This document shows positions 38,263 through 47,613 of a stretch of 64,000 nt of DNA, in pieces. Both the position numbers and the translations under genes were made by a program. Location of the stretch: assembly GCA_013360215.1 (NCBI GenBank), contig JABWCP010000001.1, forward strand, positions 89,144-153,143. The letters are read 5' to 3'. Each line of letters starts with the position of its first letter. Positions within the stretch are counted from its first letter, which is position 1. Source of the stretch: a bacterium. GTDB taxonomy: Bacteria; CLD3; SB21. The notes beneath the pieces were generated by a model, which worked only from the letters and a program-made list of their open reading frames with translations, was not told the DNA's origin and searched no databases.

Positions 38263-38592
38263 CTAGGAAATTACGGGAGGACCGCGACCGGCATGAACCT
38301 GATCAAGTGATGCGGTGTGTATCGGTGAGTAACAAACAATTTCAAATAACGGAATATAAACATGCGAAACGCCGTGAAATTGGACTAAACTATGTGATGC
38401 GCTGTACTGGTGCGCCAAACAAAAGTCCGCGTCATCCGATAAATGATGACCGTTTTCAACGTCGGTAATGATCGTTTGCGCAGCTCCGCTACAAGGCAAA
38501 CGATCCGTATGAAAAAACGGCAGCAGCATAACCAGCGGTACATACGCGATCAATATCAGGCGCGATAAAATATGTTTAGCCGGTTGCTTCAT
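38263..38592 (-). CDS. Small membrane-anchored Cys/His-motif protein (paralog of 34801..35157)
   Basis: 109 aa. N-terminal helix then LLPFFHTD...C...GHH...CLAHQY...H.VSH; aligns along its whole length with the 34801..35157 product. Confidence 0.5.
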   Translation of the reverse strand: MKQPAKHILSRLILIAYVPLVMLLPFFHTDRLPCSGAAQTIITDVENGHHLSDDADFCLAHQYSASHSLVQFHGVSHVYIPLFEIVCYSPIHTASLDQVHAGRGPPVIS

Positions 38593-38615
38593 AAAGTATG
38601 ATAAGATATCGTTAG

Positions 38616-39182
38616 TTATTTGTCAAGCGGTTTGACGTTGGCCGCTTCATCCAAAATATCAAACAGACGACGGAGCGTTTCGCTTGTTATAACGATAGGA
38701 TTTTCAGCTGTTGGTTTAGAGGTGATACTCGGGGACGCATCGGCGCTATCGGGTTGATTTTTGTTGGCATCCGGTATCACGTGCAGCTTAAAAATTGAAA
38801 GACCGATTCCGCCTTCAGCCATAAGTTCGTCTGACAAATGTGCTATAGCCGATATTTTGATGACATAGATACCATCTGTCAAAAGTTTTGCGGGAGTGGT
38901 AATGGCCGTTTCGTGATGTTGGCCATATCTGATTTTTCTGACACTTCCGGGTATCATCGAGGCGCGCCAGCATTCTTCGATGCGTTTTCTTCCGTTCTGG
39001 CTTTCTTCCGGTAAATACCGGCCTACCGTGATGGTAAAATAATCAATCATCATCGGTACATCCGCCACGGTGCTCCATTCGATTTCCCAATTCTCCTCAG
39101 GAACAGTCATACCGCGTTGCTGCGGCTTCTGTATGGCATCCTGAGGACGCACTTGTATAAAAAATCGTTCCATACCTACCAA
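38616..39182 (-). CDS. Hypothetical protein
   Basis: 188-aa ORF overlapping the upstream exonuclease gene by 7 nt. No recognisable motif. Confidence 0.45.
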   Translation of the reverse strand: MVGMERFFIQVRPQDAIQKPQQRGMTVPEENWEIEWSTVADVPMMIDYFTITVGRYLPEESQNGRKRIEECWRASMIPGSVRKIRYGQHHETAITTPAKLLTDGIYVIKISAIAHLSDELMAEGGIGLSIFKLHVIPDANKNQPDSADASPSITSKPTAENPIVITSETLRRLFDILDEAANVKPLDK

Positions 39183-39817
39183 TTAACCTCTATTTGAATC
39201 GGTTTATTTCCGCGATCAAAATATTTGACGTGGCCTTCACGTACACCGTATTCTACCACATCACGCAAAACCTGCACATCTTGCTTACAATAGTCAATGA
39301 TCTCCTGTATCCGCCCTTCTTTCCACCATTTAAGCGCTTCCAGACCATCCGCACTTTTACCCACATTTAAAGTCGCAGTTGCCACACTGTCCAACTTGAT
39401 GCGATGTTTGAGTTTGAAACTCAGATATTGCGCGACGTCAAACGAACGCTTGTTGATTGGGGAAACATCTCCGTAATGCGATAATACTTTACTGTCAAAG
39501 TTATCGCCATTAAATGAGACAACTTTATCAAAGCCGCTCATATACTGAATCATCGCAGGCACATCTTTTTCATACCATACCTTGAAACCATCATTTTCCG
39601 CATAGGTTACCGCAATAGAAATCAGCATCAGATCCGCTCTATCCCAGCCACCGACTTCTTCGGCCAGTTTCTGAGTTTCCACATCGTAGTATACCAAACG
39701 TTTTCCGGCTGTGATCGGCTCTTCAACCTGAATCGTTGAAGATTCCAGATCAAAATGCGAATAACAGCTAAACCAATATTCCGCAGGATAGCGATCTTCA
39801 GGTACAACAAGCGTCAT
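39176..39817 (-). CDS. RNase H-fold DEDDy-type 3'-5' exonuclease (YprB/PolB-exonuclease-like)
   Basis: Exo I (YYDVET), Exo II (FNGDNFD) and Exo III (YCKQDVQVL) motifs in the correct order. 213 aa. Confidence 0.6.
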   Translation of the reverse strand: MTLVVPEDRYPAEYWFSCYSHFDLESSTIQVEEPITAGKRLVYYDVETQKLAEEVGGWDRADLMLISIAVTYAENDGFKVWYEKDVPAMIQYMSGFDKVVSFNGDNFDSKVLSHYGDVSPINKRSFDVAQYLSFKLKHRIKLDSVATATLNVGKSADGLEALKWWKEGRIQEIIDYCKQDVQVLRDVVEYGVREGHVKYFDRGNKPIQIEVNW

Positions 39818-40339
39818 TTATTCCCCGCTGTAATCCACTAAACTCAGGACTTTATACGGATTCAGTTTTTCTCGTGCACCTAGAAACGATAACTCGATTA
39901 CGACGCTTATCGCGGCCACTTTACCTCCCAATTTCTCCACTAATGCGCACGTCGCACCGACCGTACCGCCGGTTGCCAAAAGATCGTCCACGATCAACAC
40001 GCGTTGTTCTGGTTGGATCGCATCGGTATGCATGTGCAACGTGTTTTCACCATACTCAAGTGCATACGAAGCGGATATCGTTTGATACGGCAGTTTCCCC
40101 GGCTTGCGAACGGGAATAAATCCAACTCCCATTTTTTCAGCGATGGCTGCACCAAAAATAAATCCACGCGATTCGATGCCGGCAATAAGATCAATTTTCA
40201 GTTCAGCGGCGGCTTCTGTCATTGTACGAATAACATGCCTAAAAGCATCCGCATCACCTACCAATGTCGAAATGTCTTTAAAATTAATTCCCGGCTTTGG
40301 AAAATCCGGAACTTCACGTATATATTTTTTATAGTCCAT
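39818..40339 (-). CDS. apt: Adenine phosphoribosyltransferase
   Basis: VLIVDDLLATGGT PRPP-binding motif and the overall APRT pattern. Start at MDYKKY. Confidence 0.85.
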   Translation of the reverse strand: MDYKKYIREVPDFPKPGINFKDISTLVGDADAFRHVIRTMTEAAAELKIDLIAGIESRGFIFGAAIAEKMGVGFIPVRKPGKLPYQTISASYALEYGENTLHMHTDAIQPEQRVLIVDDLLATGGTVGATCALVEKLGGKVAAISVVIELSFLGAREKLNPYKVLSLVDYSGE

Positions 40340-40359
40340 AATACGATGCACACTTCAAA

Positions 40360-40632
40360 CTAATATTTAATCATAAAACCGGTGAATTCGGATGTTGCAT
40401 GCACCCATTCGACGTTTACATTTGTTACACGCGCAAACGTCGGGCCCTTGCGAAGATATTGGAGAAATTGATCGAGTTCGGTGTCATGCCCTTCGACGAC
40501 GCAGTATACATCGCCATTCTCGAGGTTTTTTACCCAACCGTTCAGTTTACATTCAGCGGCGCGCTTTTCCACAAATCGGCGATACCCGACACCTTGCACC
40601 ATTCCGCTGACGGTGATGACGGCCCGTTTCAT
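40360..40632 (-). CDS. acyP: Acylphosphatase
   Basis: VSGMVQGVGYRRFV and GWVKNLENGDV signatures. 90 aa. Confidence 0.85.
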   Translation of the reverse strand: MKRAVITVSGMVQGVGYRRFVEKRAAECKLNGWVKNLENGDVYCVVEGHDTELDQFLQYLRKGPTFARVTNVNVEWVHATSEFTGFMIKY

Positions 40633-41639
40633 CCTTTGATTTGCTTGTACTCCGGCAGATCCGAATAACGTACCGTCTGGTTACGACCATGTTCTTTAGC
40701 GTAGTATAAACCTTTATCGGCCCATTCAATCAACGTAAACTGGTCATTCATCAGATCGTCAGGAAGTGACGAAATACCGACGCTCACCGTCCTGCGAATG
40801 GAATTGGTCGCATCTTTAAATTCATGCTCTTCGACTTTTTTACGAATACGATCCGCCACTACAAATGCATTATCAATATCCGTATCCGGAAGAATCGCAA
40901 TAAATTCCTCGCCGCCAAAACGTCCGCAAATATCTACCAATCGCGCCGTTTCAAGAATTATCGCGGCAATGTCCTTAAGCACCACATCGCCAAAGGCATG
41001 GCCATAGGTATCGTTTACTGATTTGAAATGATCCGCGTCAAACATGATAACGGATAAAGGACGCTTATAACGTACGGCACGACGAAATTCGTCATCGAGT
41101 TTTTTGTTGATGTATCGGCGGTTGTATAACTTGGTCAATTCATCCGTAACCGATAATTCTTCAAGTTGACGGTTGGCGTTACGAAGCGAATCATTGAGTT
41201 GCTTGATGCGCAACATGGAACGAATACGCGCTTGCAATTCGCCCATATCGTAAGGTTTTGTGAGGTATTCATCGGCACCGCAATCAAGTCCTTCGATTTT
41301 GCTCATCAGTTCGCTTTTCGCCGTCAGAAGAATGATCGGAATATACTGACCTTCCTCGGTAGCTTTCACGCGTTTGCATACTTCGAAACCGTTCAATTTG
41401 GGCATCATGACATCCAAAAGAATAATGTCCGGTATCAATGCCTCCGCCTTATGCAGCGCTTCTTCGCCGTCCTTGGCCGTGTACACTTCGTACTTCATTT
41501 TGGATAAAAGAAGCTTGAGGATGTACAACCCGTCATCATCGTCATCCACGACCAATACACGCGTCGGGCGTTTATTGTCTTCCGCGTTGCGCTGGGCTTC
41601 GTCTTCTTTGATTGTGTCTTTCGTCTGCAATTCCATCAT
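40629..41639 (-). CDS. Response regulator receiver fused to a GGDEF diguanylate cyclase domain
   Basis: REC domain (VLVVDDDDD...LLDVMMPKLNG). GGDEF domain with the GGEEF active site. Confidence 0.8.
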   Translation of the reverse strand: MMELQTKDTIKEDEAQRNAEDNKRPTRVLVVDDDDDGLYILKLLLSKMKYEVYTAKDGEEALHKAEALIPDIILLDVMMPKLNGFEVCKRVKATEEGQYIPIILLTAKSELMSKIEGLDCGADEYLTKPYDMGELQARIRSMLRIKQLNDSLRNANRQLEELSVTDELTKLYNRRYINKKLDDEFRRAVRYKRPLSVIMFDADHFKSVNDTYGHAFGDVVLKDIAAIILETARLVDICGRFGGEEFIAILPDTDIDNAFVVADRIRKKVEEHEFKDATNSIRRTVSVGISSLPDDLMNDQFTLIEWADKGLYYAKEHGRNQTVRYSDLPEYKQIKG

Positions 41640-41650
41640 GGCTTCGCCTT

Positions 41651-42343
41651 TTAATAATCTCCATGGGAAGGTTTTATGATCATTTCTTCGATAACCGTAG
41701 GTGGTGGCACATGATACGCATAAACCACCGTATTTGCAATATCTGCGGGCGGTATCATGGTTTGGGTATCAAACGTCGTTTTGTTCTTTTCCCAAAAATC
41801 AGTTCGCACTCCGCCGACCGTAAGATGTGTTACGCGAATTCCTAACGGTCGCATTTCTTCGCGTAGCACTTCGCAAAATCCGAATAATCCAAACTTGGAC
41901 GCACTGTATGCGCCGTTTTTGATAAATCCTTTGCGCCCGGCCGTTGAACCGACTAAAAAAATATGCGCTTTGCTACTCTTTCGCATAAGCGGCAAAAGGG
42001 CCTTCGTCAAATAAAAAGAACCGTTCAGATTGGTATCTATAACCTGCGTCCAATCACGATGCATTGTGTTTTCGATCGTATCAAAAAATCCGACGCCTGC
42101 GCAGTGAACCAAAACATCAAGTGTCGGTGTGTGTTCAGATATTTTAGAGACCGCTTCCTCGACCGATTTTTCCGAACGTATATCGCAAGGAATCGAAATC
42201 AGACGACTTTTTAAGTCGTTCGTTGTATCATGTTTTGAGGTTCGGGACATTGCAAAAACATCCGCACCCTCAGCCAACCATGCTTTCACCGCTGCCGCGC
42301 CAATACCGCCGGTCGCTCCGGTTACGGCCACTTTGAGAACCAT
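41651..42343 (-). CDS. Short-chain dehydrogenase/reductase (SDR) family oxidoreductase
   Basis: TGATGGIG Rossmann motif. Catalytic YxxxK (YSASK). Confidence 0.8.
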   Translation of the reverse strand: MVLKVAVTGATGGIGAAAVKAWLAEGADVFAMSRTSKHDTTNDLKSRLISIPCDIRSEKSVEEAVSKISEHTPTLDVLVHCAGVGFFDTIENTMHRDWTQVIDTNLNGSFYLTKALLPLMRKSSKAHIFLVGSTAGRKGFIKNGAYSASKFGLFGFCEVLREEMRPLGIRVTHLTVGGVRTDFWEKNKTTFDTQTMIPPADIANTVVYAYHVPPPTVIEEMIIKPSHGDY

Positions 42344-42415
42344 ACTTTACGGTGATTTATTGATATGATAAATTAAGTAAAACTACGCAATTATGCGCGC
42401 ACTAGCAACCCTTTT

Positions 42416-42742
42416 CTAATGCGGACGCATAATGTCACTGATGAGATTTGCCAAAGGCTCTTCATTTCTTTTTTTGGCCGCTTCTTCGATCGCACGTAGT
42501 ACATTTATTTTTGAGTCCAGCGTAGATGAGGTTTCCTCATGCGGCTGATGGGTTATTAGAGACTGGGCGTAATCCAATAAAAGAAATCGCTGTTCCAGCG
42601 TCATTTCGTCAATGAGCTTATGTAACCATCGGCGTGCATTATTCGTTTGCAAAATCAAAATCCGGTCGTCATCCAGACCCGGTTCACTCACAATGGGTTT
42701 TGAAATTTCTATTTCATCATACTGTATATTCATAGTCCTCAT
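42416..42742 (-). CDS. Hypothetical protein
   Basis: 108-aa ORF abutting the UbiA-family gene. No recognisable motif. Confidence 0.4.
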   Translation of the reverse strand: MRTMNIQYDEIEISKPIVSEPGLDDDRILILQTNNARRWLHKLIDEMTLEQRFLLLDYAQSLITHQPHEETSSTLDSKINVLRAIEEAAKKRNEEPLANLISDIMRPH

Positions 42743-43584
42743 TATCCGTTGTATATTGCAAATAATCCGATAAACATGGCTAACTTCAGAAGTTGATTCA
42801 GCCGGCGTATTTTGAGTGCGGATGTATCACGCCACATCATAAAAGTCACCGCAACGATCAAAGGCATCAATCCGCTCAGCACGATCAGCGCATACCACTT
42901 ACCATAAAAACCGGTATGATAAGGCCAGTACATCGCAATGCTAAGAATGATAAATGACAACGTCACGATAAGCAATGATGCACGAACGCCATACAGTACG
43001 GGAAATGTATTCGCACCGCCGACACGATCGCCTTCGATATCCTCTACGTCTTTAAGTAACTCACGCCCGAACTGAAATAAGAAGGTAAATAACGCAGGAT
43101 ACCACGCATGTTCCGTTTGATCAAAGGCCATACCTCCGGCCAAAAAGTTTACCGATGTAAAAAAACAAACGGTCAGGTTACCCCAGATCGGTGTGCGCTT
43201 AAGATATACACTGTAATAGTATAATAGTAGAACAGAAAAAACTACGATACCAAAAACAGCCCAATTTATCCAAGTACTCAAAATTACGGCCGAACCCGTT
43301 AAAAAAACATAATACCGTCTCGCAGCCATCAATGACATAGCCCCGCTGGCTATTACGCGGTGCGGTTTATTGATACGATCAATCTCAAGATCAAAAATAT
43401 CATTGATCACATTGGCTCCCGCACAGACAAAGGCCGCCACAATTCCGGAAAGCAGCGCAATACCCCATGCGACTTCATCTTCTGATGCATCGCTGATCAC
43501 GAGGATCAACATCGGCGAGAGAAATGAAATCAACGCATTGAGCGGTCGTATAATAGTCAAATAAGGAGTGATACGATGCATCAT
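42742..43584 (-). CDS. UbiA-family aromatic/isoprenoid prenyltransferase
   Basis: NDIFDLEIDRINKPHR (NDxxDxxxD) motif. About 8 predicted TM helices. Confidence 0.7.
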   Translation of the reverse strand: MMHRITPYLTIIRPLNALISFLSPMLILVISDASEDEVAWGIALLSGIVAAFVCAGANVINDIFDLEIDRINKPHRVIASGAMSLMAARRYYVFLTGSAVILSTWINWAVFGIVVFSVLLLYYYSVYLKRTPIWGNLTVCFFTSVNFLAGGMAFDQTEHAWYPALFTFLFQFGRELLKDVEDIEGDRVGGANTFPVLYGVRASLLIVTLSFIILSIAMYWPYHTGFYGKWYALIVLSGLMPLIVAVTFMMWRDTSALKIRRLNQLLKLAMFIGLFAIYNG

Positions 43585-43620
43585 GTTAAATGTCGTAACA
43601 ATGGCAATGGAACCGAATAA

Positions 43621-43654
43621 GAAAAAAAAAAGGGCATGCCAATCGCATACCCTT
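43621..43654 (-). terminator. Rho-independent terminator of the rpsP-rimM-trmD-rplS operon
   Basis: On the minus strand: AAGGGTATGC-gattg-GCATGCCCTT followed by a run of 10 T. Confidence 0.75.
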
Positions 43655-43673
43655 ATTCAATAAAAGTCGAAAC

Positions 43674-44048
43674 TTATTTTGCGGCCGTTTGTGCCGTTTC
43701 CGTTGTATCCACAATATCTTGAATACGTGCACTCTTACCACGGCGACCGCGGATATAATAAAGTTTGGCACGACGAACACGACCACGCTTCAAAACTTCG
43801 ACGGTACCAAGGCGGGGCGAATTAGCCAAAAAGATACGTTCCACGCCGACACCGTTTGAAATTTTGCGAACGGTGAATGATTCATGGATACCGCTTCCAC
43901 GGCGTTGGATTACGACGCCTTCAAATGTCTGAATACGTTCTTTATCGCCTTCAACTACTTTTACATCTACGGCAACCGTATCGCCTGCGCGAAATTCCGG
44001 TATATCGTTACGCAACTGGAATGCCGTAAAGGCATCTACTTTGTTCAT
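43674..44048 (-). CDS. rplS: 50S ribosomal protein L19
   Basis: Start at MNKVDAF. Typical L19 sequence (RAGDTV.V.VKV.EG.KERIQ.FEGVVI). Confidence 0.9.
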   Translation of the reverse strand: MNKVDAFTAFQLRNDIPEFRAGDTVAVDVKVVEGDKERIQTFEGVVIQRRGSGIHESFTVRKISNGVGVERIFLANSPRLGTVEVLKRGRVRRAKLYYIRGRRGKSARIQDIVDTTETAQTAAK

Positions 44049-44076
44049 GGGTTCCTCCAAAATATGTATTGTTAAA

Positions 44077-44820
44077 TTATTTTTTTAATACTTCTTCTTT
44101 ACGTATCAAATCGGGACGAAGCTTACGCGTCATTGCCAACCTTTGCTCTTCCCGCCATGTTTGTATCGCTTCGTGATGCCCTTGCAGTAATACCTCAGGT
44201 ACTTTCATTCCACGAAAGTTTTCCGGCCGCGTATAATACGGGCAATCTAAAACACCTTCCTGAAACGAATCCGTCAACGCCGACTGCGCATCACCGATGG
44301 CACCCGGTAAAAGTCGAACCGTCGCATCCACCATTGCCAAAACCGGTATCTCGCCGCCGGTCAGAACATAATCTCCGATGGAAACAGATTGGGTAACTAG
44401 TTTTTCATGGACCCTTTCGTCTATACCTTTGTAATGGCCGCAAATAAAAACCAGATGTTTTTTCAATGAAAATTCCACGGCTTTTTTCTGGTCAAATGTT
44501 TGCCCCATCGGTGAGGTCATAATTACATCCGTATCCGGACTAATCACATCGCGTACATGATTTGCACTGGTGATCGGAGGAATCTGAAGCACCTCCTCAA
44601 TACAAGCAAACATCGGCTCCGGTTTGATAAGCATACCGCCGCCGCCGCCGTAAGGTGTATCGTCTATGGTGCGATGCCGATCTTGCGTGTATGTACGCAG
44701 ATCAATGGCACGAATCTGTACCAGCCCTTTTTTGGCCGCACGTCCCACGATACTGTGACCCAGTGCATCGCCGATCATTTTCGGAAATGCCGTGATGATG
44801 TCTATACGTAAAGTACTCAT
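44077..44820 (-). CDS. trmD: tRNA (guanine37-N1)-methyltransferase
   Basis: [10 protein letters not shown]-type N-terminus, SPOUT-knot region (GGE.P), conserved operon position. Confidence 0.9.
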   Translation of the reverse strand: MSTLRIDIITAFPKMIGDALGHSIVGRAAKKGLVQIRAIDLRTYTQDRHRTIDDTPYGGGGGMLIKPEPMFACIEEVLQIPPITSANHVRDVISPDTDVIMTSPMGQTFDQKKAVEFSLKKHLVFICGHYKGIDERVHEKLVTQSVSIGDYVLTGGEIPVLAMVDATVRLLPGAIGDAQSALTDSFQEGVLDCPYYTRPENFRGMKVPEVLLQGHHEAIQTWREEQRLAMTRKLRPDLIRKEEVLKK

Positions 44821-44841
44821 TGTAAAAGAACATCGCTCCGT

Positions 44842-45369
44842 TTAGGAGACCGTCTGATATTCCAGCAAACCCGGAATCAGATGTATTGTAATAACGCCGG
44901 TTTCTTTATTGATAGCCTTAATAAATTCTGCAACGGCCGGAATTCGGTATCTTTTGCCTTGCACCTCAATGACGTACAGATCATGTGCAGGTGAGGTTTC
45001 GACATCGGCTAAAATTCCTATTTTTTTTCCGGATTCGTCCCGCACTTCCAAACCCGTAATATCCTTCACATAAAAAGCATCTTCGGGTAAAGCCGGCAAC
45101 AACTTTTCGAGTAACCATATTTCGCCTTGCGACCAAACATCCGCGGAAGACTTATCCTGCATCTCACGCAATTTCAGGATCGTATCATTACCAAAACGTA
45201 TGCGCTCAATATGCATTTCCGCTTGTTTACCGAACCGCGACTTTAAAACACAGGGCGTACCGGATTCCAATTCTTCCAGACCGTCGTTGAAAACTTCGAT
45301 CTTAAGTTCGCCACGTAAACCGTGGCTGCGCAAAATACGACCGACCTGAATTAATGCCTCGGATTGCAC
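44842..45369 (-). CDS. rimM: 16S rRNA processing protein RimM
   Basis: GRI..HGLRGELK N-terminus plus PRC-barrel C-terminus. Operon context. Confidence 0.85.
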   Translation of the reverse strand: MQSEALIQVGRILRSHGLRGELKIEVFNDGLEELESGTPCVLKSRFGKQAEMHIERIRFGNDTILKLREMQDKSSADVWSQGEIWLLEKLLPALPEDAFYVKDITGLEVRDESGKKIGILADVETSPAHDLYVIEVQGKRYRIPAVAEFIKAINKETGVITIHLIPGLLEYQTVS

Positions 45370-45375
45370 GTACAG

Positions 45376-45612
45376 TTACTCCAGGATCTCCAGCACGGCG
45401 CGTTTACCGGCGCGTGCCGAAGCGGCCGCGAGCAGAGTTCGTAAGGCTTTGGCGTTTTGTCCGCGTTTGCCGATCACTTTGCCCAGGTCGCCTTGGCCTA
45501 CCTTGAGTTCGTAAACGACTACACGTTCACCATCCACCTCTTTGACTTCGACTTCATCGGGTTTATCAACCAGGTGTTTGACAACAAATTCAATGAAGCT
45601 CTGCATCGTCAT
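45376..45612 (-). CDS. KH-domain RNA-binding protein (YlqC/UPF0109 family)
   Basis: 78 aa with GKVIGKRGQNAKALRTL KH motif, between rpsP and rimM as in many bacteria. Confidence 0.8.
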   Translation of the reverse strand: MTMQSFIEFVVKHLVDKPDEVEVKEVDGERVVVYELKVGQGDLGKVIGKRGQNAKALRTLLAAASARAGKRAVLEILE

Positions 45613-45651
45613 TCCTCCTTAGAAGTTAGTTGCAGACCAGTCCTGTATGAA

Positions 45652-46053
45652 TTAAGCCGCAGATCCTTCAGAAGCTTTTTCAGTTTTTTTCTTCACCGCT
45701 TTTGTACGTTTGGCACGTTTTTCCGCGGCTTTTTTAGCTTGATTGGCTTTCCACTTTTCCATTTCGGCGTTGACTTCTTCGACGGAAAGACCTTTCGCCG
45801 TCAGGCGCCAGCGGTGCAGAATACCCGCACTGCGGAATAATGTCTTTACCGTATCCGAAGGTTGTGCACCATCCGTAAGCCATTTCAGCGCTTTCTTCTC
45901 GTCAATCGTGATTTGCGGCGGAGTCGTCAGCGGATTATAACTGCCGATACGTTCGATATAATCACCGTCGCGTTTACGCGTGCTGTGCGCCGCTACAATA
46001 CGATAAAACGGTTGATGGGCTTTGCCCCCGCGCTGCATTCTGATCTTAACCAA
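45652..46053 (-). CDS. rpsP: 30S ribosomal protein S16
   Basis: MVKIRMQRGG...FYRIVAA...RDG N-terminus plus a basic C-terminal tail. Confidence 0.9.
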   Translation of the reverse strand: MVKIRMQRGGKAHQPFYRIVAAHSTRKRDGDYIERIGSYNPLTTPPQITIDEKKALKWLTDGAQPSDTVKTLFRSAGILHRWRLTAKGLSVEEVNAEMEKWKANQAKKAAEKRAKRTKAVKKKTEKASEGSAA

Positions 46054-46253
46054 GGTATTTTACCTCCAATTCGATGTACGTTAATTTTATATATAAACTA
46101 CTAAACTTTTTATACTTAACACATTTTTCACTTTAGCGCACATCATAAAAAAAACAAAGGATTAACGCAAGATTTTTTTTGTTCAGATATCAATGCGCTA
46201 TTTCCATTCCTACAGACGTGTACGCCGTGTTACAACTCATCTATTCTCAAACC

Positions 46254-47591
46254 CTATCGCCCCATTTGCGACATCATATTCATCACTTCAGCCGGATTCA
46301 TTTTTCCGATCTTTTTCATCATGCGTTTCATATCATCAAATTGTTTAAGCAGACGGTTCACTTCCTGTACCGAAGTGCCGCTGCCGCGGGCAATACGCAA
46401 ACGGCGGCGCCCGTCCAGCATCTGCGGACGTTCGCGTTCTTTGGGGGTCATGGAAGAAATAATCGCCTCCATGCGAACCAAAACTTTATCGTCCATCTGC
46501 ATGCCTTTGATTTTGCTGCCGACACCCGGTATCATCGAAAGAATAGATTCCAGCGAACCGAGTTTTTTGATCTGCCCGAGTTGCGTCGAAAAATCGGCGA
46601 GCGTAAACTCGTTTTTCATCATCTTCTCGTGCATCTTCTGGGCCTGCTCTTGATCAATCGTCTCTTGCGCTTTTTCCACGAGACTGACGATGTCGCCCAT
46701 ACCCAAAATACGCGACGCCATGCGATCCGGATAAAATTCTTCCAGCGCATCCATTTTTTCGCCGGTACCGATAAATTTGATCGGTTTTCCCGTAATACTG
46801 CGTATAGATAATGCCGCACCGCCGCGCGCATCACCGTCCAACTTGGTCAGTACTACACCGTCAAAATCCAATCGTTTGACAAACTCGGCCGCGGTATTAA
46901 CGGCGTCTTGTCCGGTCATACCGTCGGCAACAAATAAAATTTCGTTAGGCTGCGTTTTAACTTTGATCTGTTCGAGCTCCGTCATCAATGCATCATCAAT
47001 ATGCAAACGACCGGCCGTATCGAGTACGATCAGATCACGCCCGTGTTGCCGTGCATAGGTCACCGCATCAAAACAGATTTTGACCGGATCAAGGGAACCC
47101 GCTTCGTCGGGAGAAAATGTCGGAATATCGAGCGTTTTGCCAAGGGTGCGCAACTGATCGGCCGCAGCCGGACGATATACGTCCGCCGCCACCAGCATGG
47201 GCTTACGACCTTTTTTTCTCAGATAGTTTGCTAATTTGCCGGAAAACGTCGTCTTACCGGAACCTTGCAAACCGACGACCATCACTACTGTCGGGGGAAT
47301 GCCTGCGTGTTTGAGCGGCGCGTGTTCGTGCCCGAGTGTCTCGACCAGTTCATCATACACGATCTTGACGAGCTGATCACCCGGCGAAACGCTGCGCAAC
47401 ACTTCCTGTCCGAGCGCTTTGGCCGTGGCTTTATCAATAAAGTCTTTGACTACTTTAAAATTGACGTCGGCTTCCAAAAGCGCCATACGAATTTCGCGCA
47501 ACGCTTCCTGGATATTCTTTTCATTGATAACGCCGCGCCCGGCAAGACGCTTGAAAGCACCTTCTATTTTGGCCGAAAGATCATTGAACAT
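46254..47591 (-). CDS. ffh: Signal recognition particle protein Ffh
   Basis: N, G and M domains (GLQGSGKTT, DTAGR, Met-rich C-terminus). Confidence 0.95.
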   Translation of the reverse strand: MFNDLSAKIEGAFKRLAGRGVINEKNIQEALREIRMALLEADVNFKVVKDFIDKATAKALGQEVLRSVSPGDQLVKIVYDELVETLGHEHAPLKHAGIPPTVVMVVGLQGSGKTTFSGKLANYLRKKGRKPMLVAADVYRPAAADQLRTLGKTLDIPTFSPDEAGSLDPVKICFDAVTYARQHGRDLIVLDTAGRLHIDDALMTELEQIKVKTQPNEILFVADGMTGQDAVNTAAEFVKRLDFDGVVLTKLDGDARGGAALSIRSITGKPIKFIGTGEKMDALEEFYPDRMASRILGMGDIVSLVEKAQETIDQEQAQKMHEKMMKNEFTLADFSTQLGQIKKLGSLESILSMIPGVGSKIKGMQMDDKVLVRMEAIISSMTPKERERPQMLDGRRRLRIARGSGTSVQEVNRLLKQFDDMKRMMKKIGKMNPAEVMNMMSQMGR

Positions 47592-47613
47592 ATTTTATCC
47601 TGTAGTCTGATCC

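Noticed and set aside
46179-46811. Antisense and embedded ORFs inside long genes (e.g. 46179..46811 within ffh, 20296..20973 within rpsA, 28946..29521 within the M28 peptidase, 52237..52716 within the CFA-like gene, 61305..61802 within phoH2)
   Set aside because: They lie fully inside well-supported genes on the other strand or frame. They have low-complexity or Arg/His-rich translations and no RBS or motifs, so are treated as spurious.
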